Assembly: GCA_004431415.1 (NCBI GenBank) | Contig: QPMI01000559.1 | Span: forward strand, 1 to 64,000 | Length of the DNA stretch: 64,000 nucleotides | Reading direction: 5' to 3' | Source of the DNA: Cyanophora paradoxa CCMP329 | Taxonomy: Eukaryota; Plantae; Glaucophyta | In this document: piece by piece, positions 1-10,800 of the stretch | Layout of the letters: each line of letters begins with the position of its first letter | Position numbering within the stretch: position 1 is the first letter of the stretch | Translations under genes and position numbers: made by a program | Notes under the pieces: generated by a model | What the model was told of the DNA's origin: nothing | The model's input: the letters and a program-made list of their open reading frames with translations, nothing else | Databases searched by the model: none

Positions 1-685
1 TTTTGAGCCTGGTATAATTACTACTGCAAATATGGGCGAAACAGATCTTACAACTTTGGCCTATCGTTTAAGTTTGAACTGGGGGAATCGTAATAGCATA
101 TTTCAAATTGTTTCGGGACCCAGAGACACTGAAGATGTCTGCCTATTGCAACCGTTCCTGCACAGTAACCTGCCAGTTTCAAAGCTCTATCGAATCTGCT
201 AGGGCTGAACCGAAATGAGCCCTCCAGCTGTCTCTATCGTGTTTGAAGGAGACAAAGATCAGTAACTGCAGCTGAGCGATATCTCGAGGTTGCTGGCATT
301 CCAGTAACACCTTCACACCCTGAATATGGCGTGGATTTCACCGAAAGAATGCGGAGTGAGCCACTTGGTTATGCTGTCGAATTTCCAAAGATAATTGACA
401 TGAACAGCGACCAGTATCTATTCCTAGTCTGTGAAGAGCTTCGACCATTTGCTTCAAAGCTTCGCCGTGGGGCCAAAACAATGTGCAACTACGGGCTTGC
501 TCGAATTCAATGAGTCAGGACGTTGGCAAATTCGTTTATATAAATCAGGATCATCAAGCGAATGGATCTCCATCGAAGAGCGTCTTGTGCTGACTTCCTT
601 GCGACTGCGCATTGTAGACAGAGATGGTGATGATGTATTACTGAATGGATTGCCATGGTCTGGGGAGCTCCAGTTCATCACTTAG
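1..685 (+). CDS. Minor capsid (penton) protein, 5'-truncated, frameshifted
   Basis: Joining ORFs 331-513 and 431-685 gives ...EFPKIIDMNSDQYLFLVCEEL...GLARIQ...LTSLRLRIVDRDGDDVLLNGLPWSGELQFIT*. This matches the single-jelly-roll penton C-terminal pattern (I-D-L..Y.L...L; LARI; L.I.L.D..G..V.LNG..W...L.F) of PLV/Maverick/NCLDV minor capsids. Confidence 0.7.
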
Positions 686-813
686 GGAAAGTCGCCAGAG
701 TTGCAGACAAGCAGCGACCGCTGCGCCAAACTGATTTGAAAAGTCGCAGACAAGCCGCTCGCTCGGGCGCCTGGGTTGCGCCCCGTTTTATTTCTTGGCA
801 CAATATATAAAAA

Positions 814-1152
814 ATGTCGCAGTTGATGCCCATAGCTCAGATTGAAAAGTACTTACCGTTGATGCGGGACAAAAAAGTATCACTTGTTGCGATTGGAGAT
901 AAGCCAAGCACACACAAACAAACAAACCTAGGTTTTCTGCAAGCTTACCGCCGATTTGGTCCTGACGGAATCAAAAAGGAGCTCGCAACCAAAAACACAA
1001 CTTGGTATCAGCGAAGAGAGAATTACATTAAGAGGCGACTGGGAGGGCGTAATGGAGCACCATTTTGGGAGAAAGATAAATCTGGCAGAACTATTCCAAC
1101 ACGTCTTGGACTCTCTCTGATTTCCTGGGCATTCATGCCGCCGCCTAATTAA
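814..1152 (+). CDS. Small basic viral hypothetical protein (112 aa)
   Basis: Intact ORF preceded by AATATATAAAAAATG. C-terminal W..RR..YI.R...PTR..L.LI.WA.P pattern is reminiscent of small conserved proteins of eukaryotic dsDNA viruses (recollection, unverified). Confidence 0.6.
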   Translation: MSQLMPIAQIEKYLPLMRDKKVSLVAIGDKPSTHKQTNLGFLQAYRRFGPDGIKKELATKNTTWYQRRENYIKRRLGGRNGAPFWEKDKSGRTIPTRLGLSLISWAFMPPPN

Positions 1153-1223
1153 TGTAACGTCCCCGGAAATCAAGCCGGAATGCATTCACATTTATAAATT
1201 CGTTTGTTATAATTTGCACATAG

Positions 1224-1679
1224 TTATACCTGTGGGGTGAACAAATGCGAGTCACTATGCATTAGATCGAAGCCTGCCATTGTTGGGTTCGCAGCAAGCA
1301 CATTTGCTAGGACCGTATTTTCAAAAAGCCTCCCATCTTGGACATATCCTAAGTTGGTCAGAATGCTGAAATTAAATAGGACTCCGGCAGCAAATGCTGG
1401 CCCATACATAATGATTTGATGTAGCTCAAAAGGCTGGGAAACTCGACTTTAATCCAGGGATTAGGTAAAGTGCCCCCTTGGAACCCTGTTGAGTTGGGTC
1501 GCACATGAGAAGGTGGTCAATTCCTCAAAGTCGTTGCTTGTAATGTTGCATCTGGAATTATAAACCAGTTGACATCAAATGGCGGCTCAACTGTTAAAGA
1601 AGACGATATGATTAGTCTCTCATCGTTCAGTAGGTCATAGTTCGCCAGTAGAAAGCTGCAGAGTGCATTTATTTAGCAT
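1224..1679 (-). pseudogene. Frameshifted viral hypothetical ORF downstream of patatin
   Basis: ORF fragment 1224-1409 plus upstream open stretches starting at an ATG adjacent to the patatin stop; no recognisable motif. Confidence 0.35.
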
Positions 1680-2607
1680 TTATTCGATTTGTTTCAGCCA
1701 TAAATCTGTCGTGGAAATCAAATAAGAAATATTCGATGGGGAGGCATCGTCAAGCTTGCTCATGACTGCAGCTGGTAGCGGAACACTTAAACGCCAGTAT
1801 CTTGTTAGATTCCTATCCGCATCAACTGGAAGCAGTTCCTGCATTTGAAAGTGCGATTCCAGCTCGCTACCAGCCATTAGCATAGAAATGATTGGGCTGC
1901 CTGAGAGGGATAGGATCCAGCCCAGTGCGCCCCAGCCTGACGTCTCCGAATTCGAAAAGCCTGCAGTCAATTGCTCACTGGCTTGGACTTCACCACAGCT
2001 AATGCTCACAAGAACAATTGGATCTTCTGCATCGTAAATTTTTACTGGCTGGCTGAGTGCAGCAACTGAGGGATTATTCAAACAGGCAATTGCCCCGTCA
2101 ACAGGTTTGTCCCCTAGAACCTTCGTGAAAGAATGTAGGCGCTGCAGAAGATGCTCTCACTGCATCACGAATCACGTGCTTGAATATGGCCCATCCTTCG
2201 TAAAAACTACGGGCTGCATCCGAACTGTATCAAACGCTGTTATTAATACATCTTTTGTCGATTCTGCAATTGTGTAGTCCTGGGCAACGTCTGTGAGCAC
2301 CGACTCCAGAGGGTTTGCATCATAGCGGCTGCCTGAGAGCAAGCTTGTCAGTGATCTTGGATTGCAAATATTGTTGGCAGTTCGTTTGATATAGACTCAA
2401 GATATCACCTGCAGAATATCGGTAAGCAAGAACAGAGCTGGAGCTGATGGATCGCCAATCCGCCGCTATTATTGCCCCTGTGAGGTGCCTGCAAAGAAAT
2501 CAAACAGCTGTGGTATTGCTTTCCAGTAATCGCCTCAATCCGTTGTAGAATTCGGCTATGACTATTCCACGAGCACCTCCACCTGATAGTGAGAGAATGA
2601 CCTTCAT
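1680..2607 (-). CDS. Patatin-like phospholipase (frameshifted)
   Basis: Starts MKVILSLSGGGARGI (oxyanion GGGxRG). Contains QLFDFFAGTS.G (GxSxG nucleophile) near 2470-2510 and DGAIACLNNP (catalytic Asp motif) near 2075-2100, followed by VLVSISCG, WGALGW and YWRL...LDDAS..NI, which are typical patatin C-terminal elements. Confidence 0.85.
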
Positions 2608-2628
2608 TTTAAAAGGGGCTTATATAAA

Positions 2629-5600
2629 ATGTCCTACATCTTGAAGAAGCAGTGCCACTTCGTAGATCTCCAGATTTCGTTGATGATCGACTCATAAATA
2701 TTCGCGTATTTGGAAGCATCTTGCAGACTTCATGCTGATCGTGACATCCACAGGACCGAGTTTAGTCGACCAGCTGCATTAATTCTGCGGAACTCCACGT
2801 TGGTGCCCCAGATATTGCACAGAGATTCTGTCTTGGTCCACTGAGAACTTTGTTGCTGAAATTATGGTCCAGGCGTTGCCACGACACCTGCGAATTGCCT
2901 CCTCAGGCACAGTCTCCAAGTATGATTCTGGTAGATTGATATTAGGCTCCAAAATGATAGAGGGGTCCATACATCAGCTCTACGTCTAATTGATGAATCA
3001 AATGATGTCGCAAACAAAACTGCGGCTCAAATCACTGGCGAATTCTCCTTGGCGAAGATGCTGCAATATCAGTGCTTGCATCACAAATTCAGCCGTTCCC
3101 TGGGACTTACTTTTTACAGCTGCACGAGAAGCAAATCTTCTTTCGGGTTTGATGTAAATCAAATCGATACCGAGCCAGCCACCAGGTTCGATATTCCTGG
3201 ATGCACCTTCGCTCTATCTTGATTGAGGCTGACAGGCACCTGCTCCGGCATTGCATGATAGATATGACTAGGGCTTCGCACCAGGCAGTGGAGAAATATC
3301 ATGGAACTAATATTTATCAGGATGGTAAGAAGGTTAGCACCGAAGAGCAGGTTATCAACATTTCAACTACTACTTCGGACCTATTGTCCTATACCACCTC
3401 TTCCAGGTTACCAAAGCCGCCAATCCCGGATGGACCTGGTCGAGAGCGAGTTGCTGATGAGACAGTTCCTTTCGGTCAACATATTGTCAGTGGGAGCAAG
3501 TTCGCAATAAACCTATCTTCGAACCGAAAAAACAAATAGATGAACAGTATTTACCTCCTGAAATCGATATATTAGAGCTTGATGATTACCAATTTGTCCC
3601 AGATGAGGAAGAGTTTTTACCTGACGGTTTCGACCCGCAAGAGTATGAGTATGATCAATACGACCCAAATGAGGAAGAGTATTTACCCGATGGTTTAGAT
3701 CCACAAGAGTATGAGTATGAACAGAATTATGAACCCATGAGGAATATTTAGCAGATGGTCTCGAACCACCAGTTTGGATTATGAGCAACCTTATGAACCC
3801 ATGAGGAGTTTTACCAGATGGTTTACAACCGGAGCTTTTTGAGTTCTTTCCAGATTGGGAACAGATCAACAACAAACCAGCGAGATATCCACCAGAGGAT
3901 CACAACCATGATTGGGATGAGATCTTGGTAAACCTGAGAAATATCCACCTGAAGATCACAGGCATGATTGGGGCGATATCGATGGAATTCCACCTGAGTT
4001 TCCGCCAGAAGACCATTTACATATTTGGAGCGAAATACGAGAGCAGCCCACTTTTGCATCAGCAGGAAATGTATTATTAGGAGATATTAACAATGGTGTG
4101 AGTCTCTACCAAAATATAAACACACCAGAAAGATTACAATTAAACGATTATTATGTGAATCGTCAGGGAATCGATGCAGGCACCACAATGGACGGTGAAT
4201 TGTATATTAGACCACCCACAAGGATGTAATATTACCACTTGGTGGTGGAATTGAAATTAAAAATACAAAACCAGGAATCTACTTAACAAACTACTACCCC
4301 GATGATGTCCGATGACAGCAGGATTTATTTCTCTACCATCTGATCCAGCAAACTATGATAACAAAGATGCAACAATACAAATTAATGTGACTAATGTAAG
4401 CGATTTAGACGGATCAAGACCAAAATTAATATTTAGCCGTGAGCAACTCGCAGCAGAAACACTTTAGGAGATCGCGATGATTATAAACAATGTGAGGTAG
4501 CATGGATTAAAACAAATTATAATGGTGGAGTTCCTGAGGGTCTTTTAGAAATCAATCAGAGAGCCTCAGCGAAAAACATTCATAACGAAAATATTTCAAG
4601 AGTCGTAACAGAAGATTATTTTAGATGGGATAATATCCCTGACGCACCCGAAAAATTCCCACCCTCAGACCATGAACATGTTAAAGCAGATATTACGGAT
4701 TTTGCACATACTCATGTCAAAGCCGATATTACGGATTTTGACCATACTCACACAAAAGCGCAAATCACAGATTTTGCCCACACTCACACAAAAGATCAAA
4801 TAACAGACTTTGCCCATACTCATCTAAAAGCAGATATTACAGACTTTGCACATGCTCACACAAAAGCAGATATCACAGATTTTGCACACACCCACCTTAA
4901 AGCAGATATTACAGACTTTGCACATACTCACCTAAAAGCAGATATTACAGATTTTGCACATACCCACACAAAAGTGGATATCTCAGATTTTGCACATAGG
5001 CACAATTGGGACGAAATAGACGAACAGCCAGTTTTTGCACAATTGAATGCAATCGGAAACGTTTTTAATGGAGTCACTCTTACCAATCAAGTAATACACC
5101 TGAAAGATTGTATTTGAATGATCATTATGTTAGTCTCAATGGTTCATTTACAGGTGAAACAGGCACACCGATGGTGGAACTCTTGCAGTAAGATTACCCA
5201 GGGATCCAATCGTAAATGGAGTTTATGATGGTGATTTAATGTAGGAGTAAATGATACTTTCCCCAGTATCTATGTTACGAATTATCACCCAGTGAAACAG
5301 GACAAGTAGCCGATTTTTCAGCAGCTATTCAAATAAACGTTACAGATCAAAGCGCATATGATGGAGCAAGACCTAAGATAGTTTTCACAAGGGAGAAAGT
5401 TGTAAACTACCTTCCTGTTGTGGACAACCCACAGACGATCACGGAAAATGTGAGATGGCATGGATTAAAACGACAACAGGTGGCGCCTTAGAAGTCAATC
5501 AGAGAATGGCGGCGAAAAACTTACACAATACAACCCTTTCCGGTGTTGTTACAGATGATTACCTTACCAATAAAGGATATCTTACGACCGCGGATTTAAG

Positions 5601-8063
5601 CAGTTATGCAACCGATGCAGAATTAGCGGCGGCACTTGCGAATTATCTACCTCTCACAGGTGGAACTGTAACAGGAACTGTGAATGCTACCACTTTACAA
5701 ATTGGTGGAACCACAATACCAAAAGGTTACGATTTTGACCAATTAGATGTGGTTTCGACAGATAGAAGCGCAAATAATTGGACTGTCAATTGGAGTCCGA
5801 GAACCGGACAAACAGATGTTATACAACACCACAAAATGATGAAGATTGTAGCGCTTGTTTTATGCGTTGGACAGTTCCAGAAGGTATGAAATCGTTTTAC
5901 ATCCAGCACATGCCGTGGTATAATTGTAGATACTTTGATATTTACGGGCAAACTGTGAATGGATATCAACATTTCTTAAAACGTATAAATGCATATCAGG
6001 AAATCCAGGCAGTCAATCAAGATGGAACACACAATACTGTTTTGTTTGCCTCAATCAACTGTGAGTTTTACACAAAGATATATATTCAAGGTCGAAAAGG
6101 TCGCATTCATCTTACGGGGTTTTCGGTTGGAGTAGACAGAGAGCAACCGACAATGAATTGGGCATGATCTCTTGGATAATATATTTAGCAAACCGTCATT
6201 TTATTCAGCCGCAGACCTCCCAGCAACAGCAAATGGACAGTGGACAATTGGTTAAAATCAACAGACAATATAGAAAGATTTTGGTTTGGAAATGGTAATA
6301 CGACATATATTCGTGGTTATGGAAACTCTGATAATGTTTGTGTGGAGTTTCGCAATGGCTCCGATTTAGCATTATTAAAATCATATAATAATGGTAATTT
6401 ATGGGTAGGAGGACTTTAAATGTTACTACAAGTGTAAGCGCACCATCAATTACAGGAACTACTATAAATGCAACAACCATTGATGTTGCAACATTAAAAA
6501 GAAATGGTTATGACGTTCCGAAATTCTACGCTTTTGATGACACAGTAGCAGGTGGTGCTTATCATTCATCGGGCGAACTTGGTCGGTTGGGTATGGAACA
6601 GCTTGGGATCCAGGATATAATTATGGTAGTCATGTGTATAATAGTGAAAGTCAAGATGAAGTGTCTACAACAACTTGGATTCAGTATACAATTCCCACCG
6701 CATTAGTGAATGGAACAGCATACCTTACACATTTACCATGGTTTAATTGCCGTTACTTTGAGATTTGGGGAGTCCGTAGTAATGGGCAATAGTATTTATT
6801 ACAAGAGTAAATAACTATCAGCCACATGATGGTAACGCAGACGGTCACCACAACGGGTTAAACAATGTCCCAATTTTCCTTGCCGGTCGATTTACTCACC
6901 TCCGTATTTATCCCAGAGTTGGAAGAGTTCACATTATGGGAATTGGTTTTACGCATGATCGAGCTAATAGTAGTTCATATGGTGGTCACACCGGTTTTAT
7001 TCATTGGAATAATGTTTACAGTAAACCTACTATTCCTACATCCTATCTGTCGTTAACAGATGTCACAAATTCAATTGGAAACATTACCAGTTTTGATGTG
7101 GTTTCAGGATGGAATAGTGCAACTGTTTATTTTATAGGATCTTGGGGAACAGGTTGGAAACCTACAACAGACAATCCAGTAGAAGGATTTTATAGCCACA
7201 TCGAAAATGATACCACAAGTGGTGACTACATGCAAATGGAAGTTCCCAGTGGAATGCGAACCTGTCATGTCCAGTATTTCTGTTCGACGAATTGTAGATA
7301 TTTTGATATTGGTGGATATCGAAACAATAGATGGAATCACATAATGAGAGTAAATACGTATCAAAATATTTCAAATGTAGCCGATTCAAATTGGCATGAT
7401 GGGTTAACATGGACATCCTTCTTTTGTGCGAATTTCTCACATATTCGATTTATTGCAAGAAAGGGAAGATGTCACGTTGGGATGATTGGATGGACAAAAG
7501 AAGTAGGAAGAACCTCACCAGCAAATGGTATGATCAGTTGGGATAACATTTTTAGTAAACCGCTGTCGGCAACTTGGGCTACCGGAGATTGGATAAACTC
7601 CGGTGATAATTACCCGAGAATGTATTTTGGGACAGGTTCTACTACGTATATTAGAGGACATGCAACAACAGTAGTAGAGTTTCGAAATGCATCCGATGTT
7701 CACGTAGCATTTATAAATGACGATGGTTACATGTGGGTTAGAAACTATCTCGGACAAGGTAGCGATAGAAGATACAAAACCGATATTAAAAAGATAACCG
7801 GCGCTCTTTCAGCAATTGAAAAATTAGAAGGAGTGAGTTTTAAACGAATCGGAAGTGAAAAAGACGGAACAAGATTAGGTTTAATTGCGCAAGATGTGCA
7901 ACAGGTAATACCAGAAGTTGTATGTGCGAGCAATAAAGATGGTTACTTAGCTCTCGAATACACGGGTTTAATTCCAGTTCTCATAGAAGCCGTTAAAGAA
8001 TTATCTAAGAAATGCAAAGGTCTACAAGATCAAATAGATCAATGGCGCAGCCAGGCTGCTTAA
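2629..8063 (+). CDS. Giant modular tail-fibre/spike-like protein (~1800 aa if one gene; many frameshifts in the 5' two-thirds) with C-terminal intramolecular chaperone
   Basis: ATG at 2629 in TATATAAAATG context. Acidic repeats, HxH fibre repeats, a duplicated domain (~4030-4620 vs ~5030-5565) and a triplicated NCRYFDI domain (~5730-6195, ~6525-7030, ~7090-7565). The final ORF 6936-8063 is intact. The single-gene interpretation is an inference; it could be 2-3 genes. Confidence 0.7.
3540..3835 (+). repeat. Acidic coding repeat, ~66 bp (EEEFLPDGFDPQEYEYDQYDP-like), 4-5 degenerate copies
   Basis: GAGGAAGAG at 3605 and 3671, with further degenerate copies to ~3835. Confidence 0.75.
4671..4994 (+). 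repeat. Nine 36-bp coding repeats HTHxKADITDFA (phage tail-fibre HxH repeat)
   Basis: Direct translation: HEHVKADITDFA HTHVKADITDFD HTHTKAQITDFA ... HTHTKVDISDFA, open throughout with synonymous variation. Confidence 0.9.
7761..8040 (+). other. Intramolecular chaperone auto-processing (peptidase S74-type) domain plus coiled coil
   Basis: SDRRYKTDIKKI...GLIAQDVQQVIPEVV...LEYTGLIPVLIEAVKELSKK, with the Ser/Lys cleavage motif SDxRxK. Confidence 0.9.
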
Positions 8064-8093
8064 CTGCCGTAATAAAATGTCACAGTATAATAA

Positions 8094-8402
8094 ATGGCGA
8101 CCTATCCACTTGGTGGATCTCCTTCTACTACTTCTGAGCCTGTCGCTCTTGCTTTTGATACTATTAAACTTGTAGCCGCGCTACAAAATGTCGAAAAAAC
8201 GATACAGCAAACTAACAAACTGTCCCCAGTTGTTCATGAATATAAAAACCTCTTGGTTAATGTCCTTGCGCAATCGGCTTATGGTGATCCTGTTGCTAAA
8301 TACTCTGAGTGCGATAGCAATATCAAAGCAATGACAGCCAATATTCAAGCTCTTTCTGTTGCTTACCAAGCCCTTGGAGCGAATCTAATCACTTTGGCTT
8401 GA
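8094..8402 (+). CDS. Viral hypothetical protein (102 aa, helical)
   Basis: Intact ORF with TATAATAAATG start context. Confidence 0.65.
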   Translation: MATYPLGGSPSTTSEPVALAFDTIKLVAALQNVEKTIQQTNKLSPVVHEYKNLLVNVLAQSAYGDPVAKYSECDSNIKAMTANIQALSVAYQALGANLITLA

Positions 8403-8458
8403 TGGTAGTTTGGCTTGTCTGCCGACTTTTTTTTCTTTCCTTCTTAGTAAAATAAGCA

Positions 8459-9313
8459 ATGGGCGAATATAATCGGGTTCAGTTACCTATCTATTCACTT
8501 GGATCCCCTGCAAATCATTTTCGCCAACACGAAGTCAATGATGAGGTTCGCGGTCTGGAATCCACTGAACGACCTAATTCGAATGGTAACTCTTTTGACA
8601 AAAACTCAATGATTCGAGTAAAAGAACTTCGAGCTGACAAGAACTCAGGTGTGGTTAAAACAACTCGACTACTCGTAAGCAATGCTAACTTCTTCCAACC
8701 AATAAATGGAGGTCCTGATGCTTATGGTGTTGATCTGAAAGCCCTTGACTTCGATAAGAATTCTGCTGCTGTTACTGTGAGATCAGGAGGAGCTTTTATT
8801 GGCGGTGGCTGCAGAATTTCAGGTCAACTCTCTTCTTCGATTGCATACAATGATGTCCCGGATTCCCTTGAACAAAATGTTGAAAATCCACAACGAATTC
8901 GGTTCTATACACCAGTTGCACAGCAACCTTTTCTTCACTTCTATGTTGCATCATCTGTCTCTCTTGAAAATTCAGAGTTGGTTTCCATTACAGGAACTGA
9001 TCGTGTGAGAATGAATATTCCTCTTCCCACAGCAATGCTTTCGATGTGCAGAGCAAACAACAATCAACCAGGTCACAATTACCTATTCTTTGTTCAAGCA
9101 TCAAACCATTTTGGTAGAGGATATTGTGTTTATAACAATTTGACATTTACTTATGATTTGTTTGTCACTGAGGTAGGAGTTTATAATACTATGATAATTG
9201 GACTGAGAACAGATATAGCTGCTGTTTCAGCACTTCGTGGTGTGAATATTGCTGATATTTTTACAACCGGATTTTACCAGGAGCCAGATGTTATTGACGA
9301 TCCTACTCCGTAA
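8459..9313 (+). CDS. Viral fibre-like structural protein, paralogue A (284 aa)
   Basis: Intact ORF. Shares GLESTE, ELRxDKNxGVVKTTxLLVxNANF and GGAxIGxGxRxxG blocks with 9337-10160. Confidence 0.7.
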   Translation: MGEYNRVQLPIYSLGSPANHFRQHEVNDEVRGLESTERPNSNGNSFDKNSMIRVKELRADKNSGVVKTTRLLVSNANFFQPINGGPDAYGVDLKALDFDKNSAAVTVRSGGAFIGGGCRISGQLSSSIAYNDVPDSLEQNVENPQRIRFYTPVAQQPFLHFYVASSVSLENSELVSITGTDRVRMNIPLPTAMLSMCRANNNQPGHNYLFFVQASNHFGRGYCVYNNLTFTYDLFVTEVGVYNTMIIGLRTDIAAVSALRGVNIADIFTTGFYQEPDVIDDPTP

Positions 9314-9336
9314 AATTTATATTACTTTAATGTAAA

Positions 9337-10160
9337 ATGGCTGAAATTGAACGCATCCTTACAGCTCAGCTCTCACTCGCCGCCCCAGCTACCCACGTTT
9401 TACAACACGCTACTTTTGATGATGTGGAAGGTCTTGAATCAACAGAAGTTCAGCCGACATTAAACACCTTCGGATCTACACATAAACTTCGATTGCAGGA
9501 ACTCAGATGTGATAAAAATAATGGTGTGGTCAAAACTACAAAGTTGCTAGTTACGAATGCTAATTTTAGCGCAAATTATGGCAATCCAGATAGTTACGGC
9601 GATCCTATTTCGACTTACTCTTTTGAATCTCGTTCTGGAGCTATAAACTGTCGAAATGGCGGCGCATATATTGGTGATGGTCTTCGTGTTGGGGGAACAA
9701 TCGGAGCTCCTCTCTTCGTGAACGACACGCCAAACCCGATCGACAATCTGACGCGGATTCGCACCTATGTCCCGGTATGAATGCCCCCTATATAATCAAG
9801 ATATTCCCCATTGTTGTTAATGAGCAGACATCAGTAGTTGATTCTCTGGTTGAAATTGGTGATCATTATAAGGTAGTAGTCGATATTCCACCAGATATTT
9901 ATGCACTCTGCCAGGTTGAGGGTGGTACTCCGAATATTTCAGTTGTGATCACTCCATATGATAATTTCGGGATCGCGTATCATGGTGTAAATTTCGGCCT
10001 TGAAGACTACCAGTTCTTGGTGAGAGCAACCAGGTTTGGTATCTACAAATGCATCCTTTATGCTGAAAGAACCGATGCTATTGCTAAACAGAACACATAT
10101 GCAGAATATGTTGGTACAAACAGGTATTTTCCTATATTCGGCAGCGATACGGCTCCATAG
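9337..10160 (+). CDS. Viral fibre-like structural protein, paralogue B (split by a 1-nt frameshift at ~9777)
   Basis: ORFs 9337-9780 and 9777-10160 together align with paralogue A (RIRTYVPV/MNAPY vs RIRFYTPVAQQPF; C-terminal AERTD vs GLRTD). Confidence 0.7.
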
Positions 10161-10198
10161 CCGCATTCCTTTGTTTTTTTATATTTTTCCATTAATAG

Positions 10199-10507
10199 AT
10201 GGATTTGCTTCGAAAATGTATGGATATGTTCCATCTCAACGTCACCAGCAAATTGAATTGTAGTTGCTGCGAAACGACCATTAACCTCGAAATATCGGAC
10301 ACTGAGGGCTCTCGCACCCCAGAAACTCAGGTATCGCCTATTAACACACCCGGGACTTCTAGGTCCAATTCTCCATTTACTCGAACTGACTCACCTGTAC
10401 CTTGGCTTGATGCTGAAGGCCGAAGATTGTCCTGGCCACCCCCAAAGCCGCTGAAAAGAAAGAAGTCGTTGCTATCAAGTTTCCGAAAGGAAAAGCAGCC
10501 AGATTAA
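10199..10507 (+). CDS. Small viral protein with CSCC motif, S/T/P-rich middle and basic C-terminus
   Basis: Intact 102-aa ORF; KLNCSCC and PLKRKKS motifs. Confidence 0.55.
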   Translation: MDLLRKCMDMFHLNVTSKLNCSCCETTINLEISDTEGSRTPETQVSPINTPGTSRSNSPFTRTDSPVPWLDAEGRRLSWPPPKPLKRKKSLLSSFRKEKQPD

Positions 10508-10559
10508 GTGGATGAGGCCGCACCAGAGCGCTCTTGGGACACGAAGTGCTTCAATGTAC

Positions 10560-10800
10560 TCATCATTATCGCCTAGATAGAGCTAAACGCTTTTCCTCTG
10601 GTTGCTTCAATGTTCTCATCATTTCGCCTAAAATTAACCTAAACGTGCTTCCTCTGTTAGCTTCATCGTACTCATCTATATCGCCTAAAATTAACCTAAA
10701 CGTGCTTCCTCTGTTAGCTTCGATGTACACTTCATTATCGCCTAAAATTAAGCTAAACGTGTTTCCTCTGATAGCTTCATTGTACACATTAATATCGTCT
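10560..10800. repeat. 57-bp tandem repeat, ~4 copies, near the end of the viral element
   Basis: TCGCCTAAAATTAA at 10624, 10681 and 10738, with a degenerate copy at ~10568. Confidence 0.85.

Noticed and set aside
2779-2970. Minus-strand 63-aa ORF (also 3513-3875 and 3823-4059)
   Set aside because: Likely shadows of the plus-strand fibre gene, whose start context and repeats read on the plus strand.
4671-4994. 36-bp repeats as a CRISPR array
   Set aside because: No spacers; the units are contiguous, in frame and vary synonymously, so they are a coding fibre repeat.
5730-7720. Diversity-generating retroelement (fibre repeats plus RT in the window)
   Set aside because: The repeats differ at all base types rather than only adenines, and the RT is a LINE-type APE-RT ~50 kb away.
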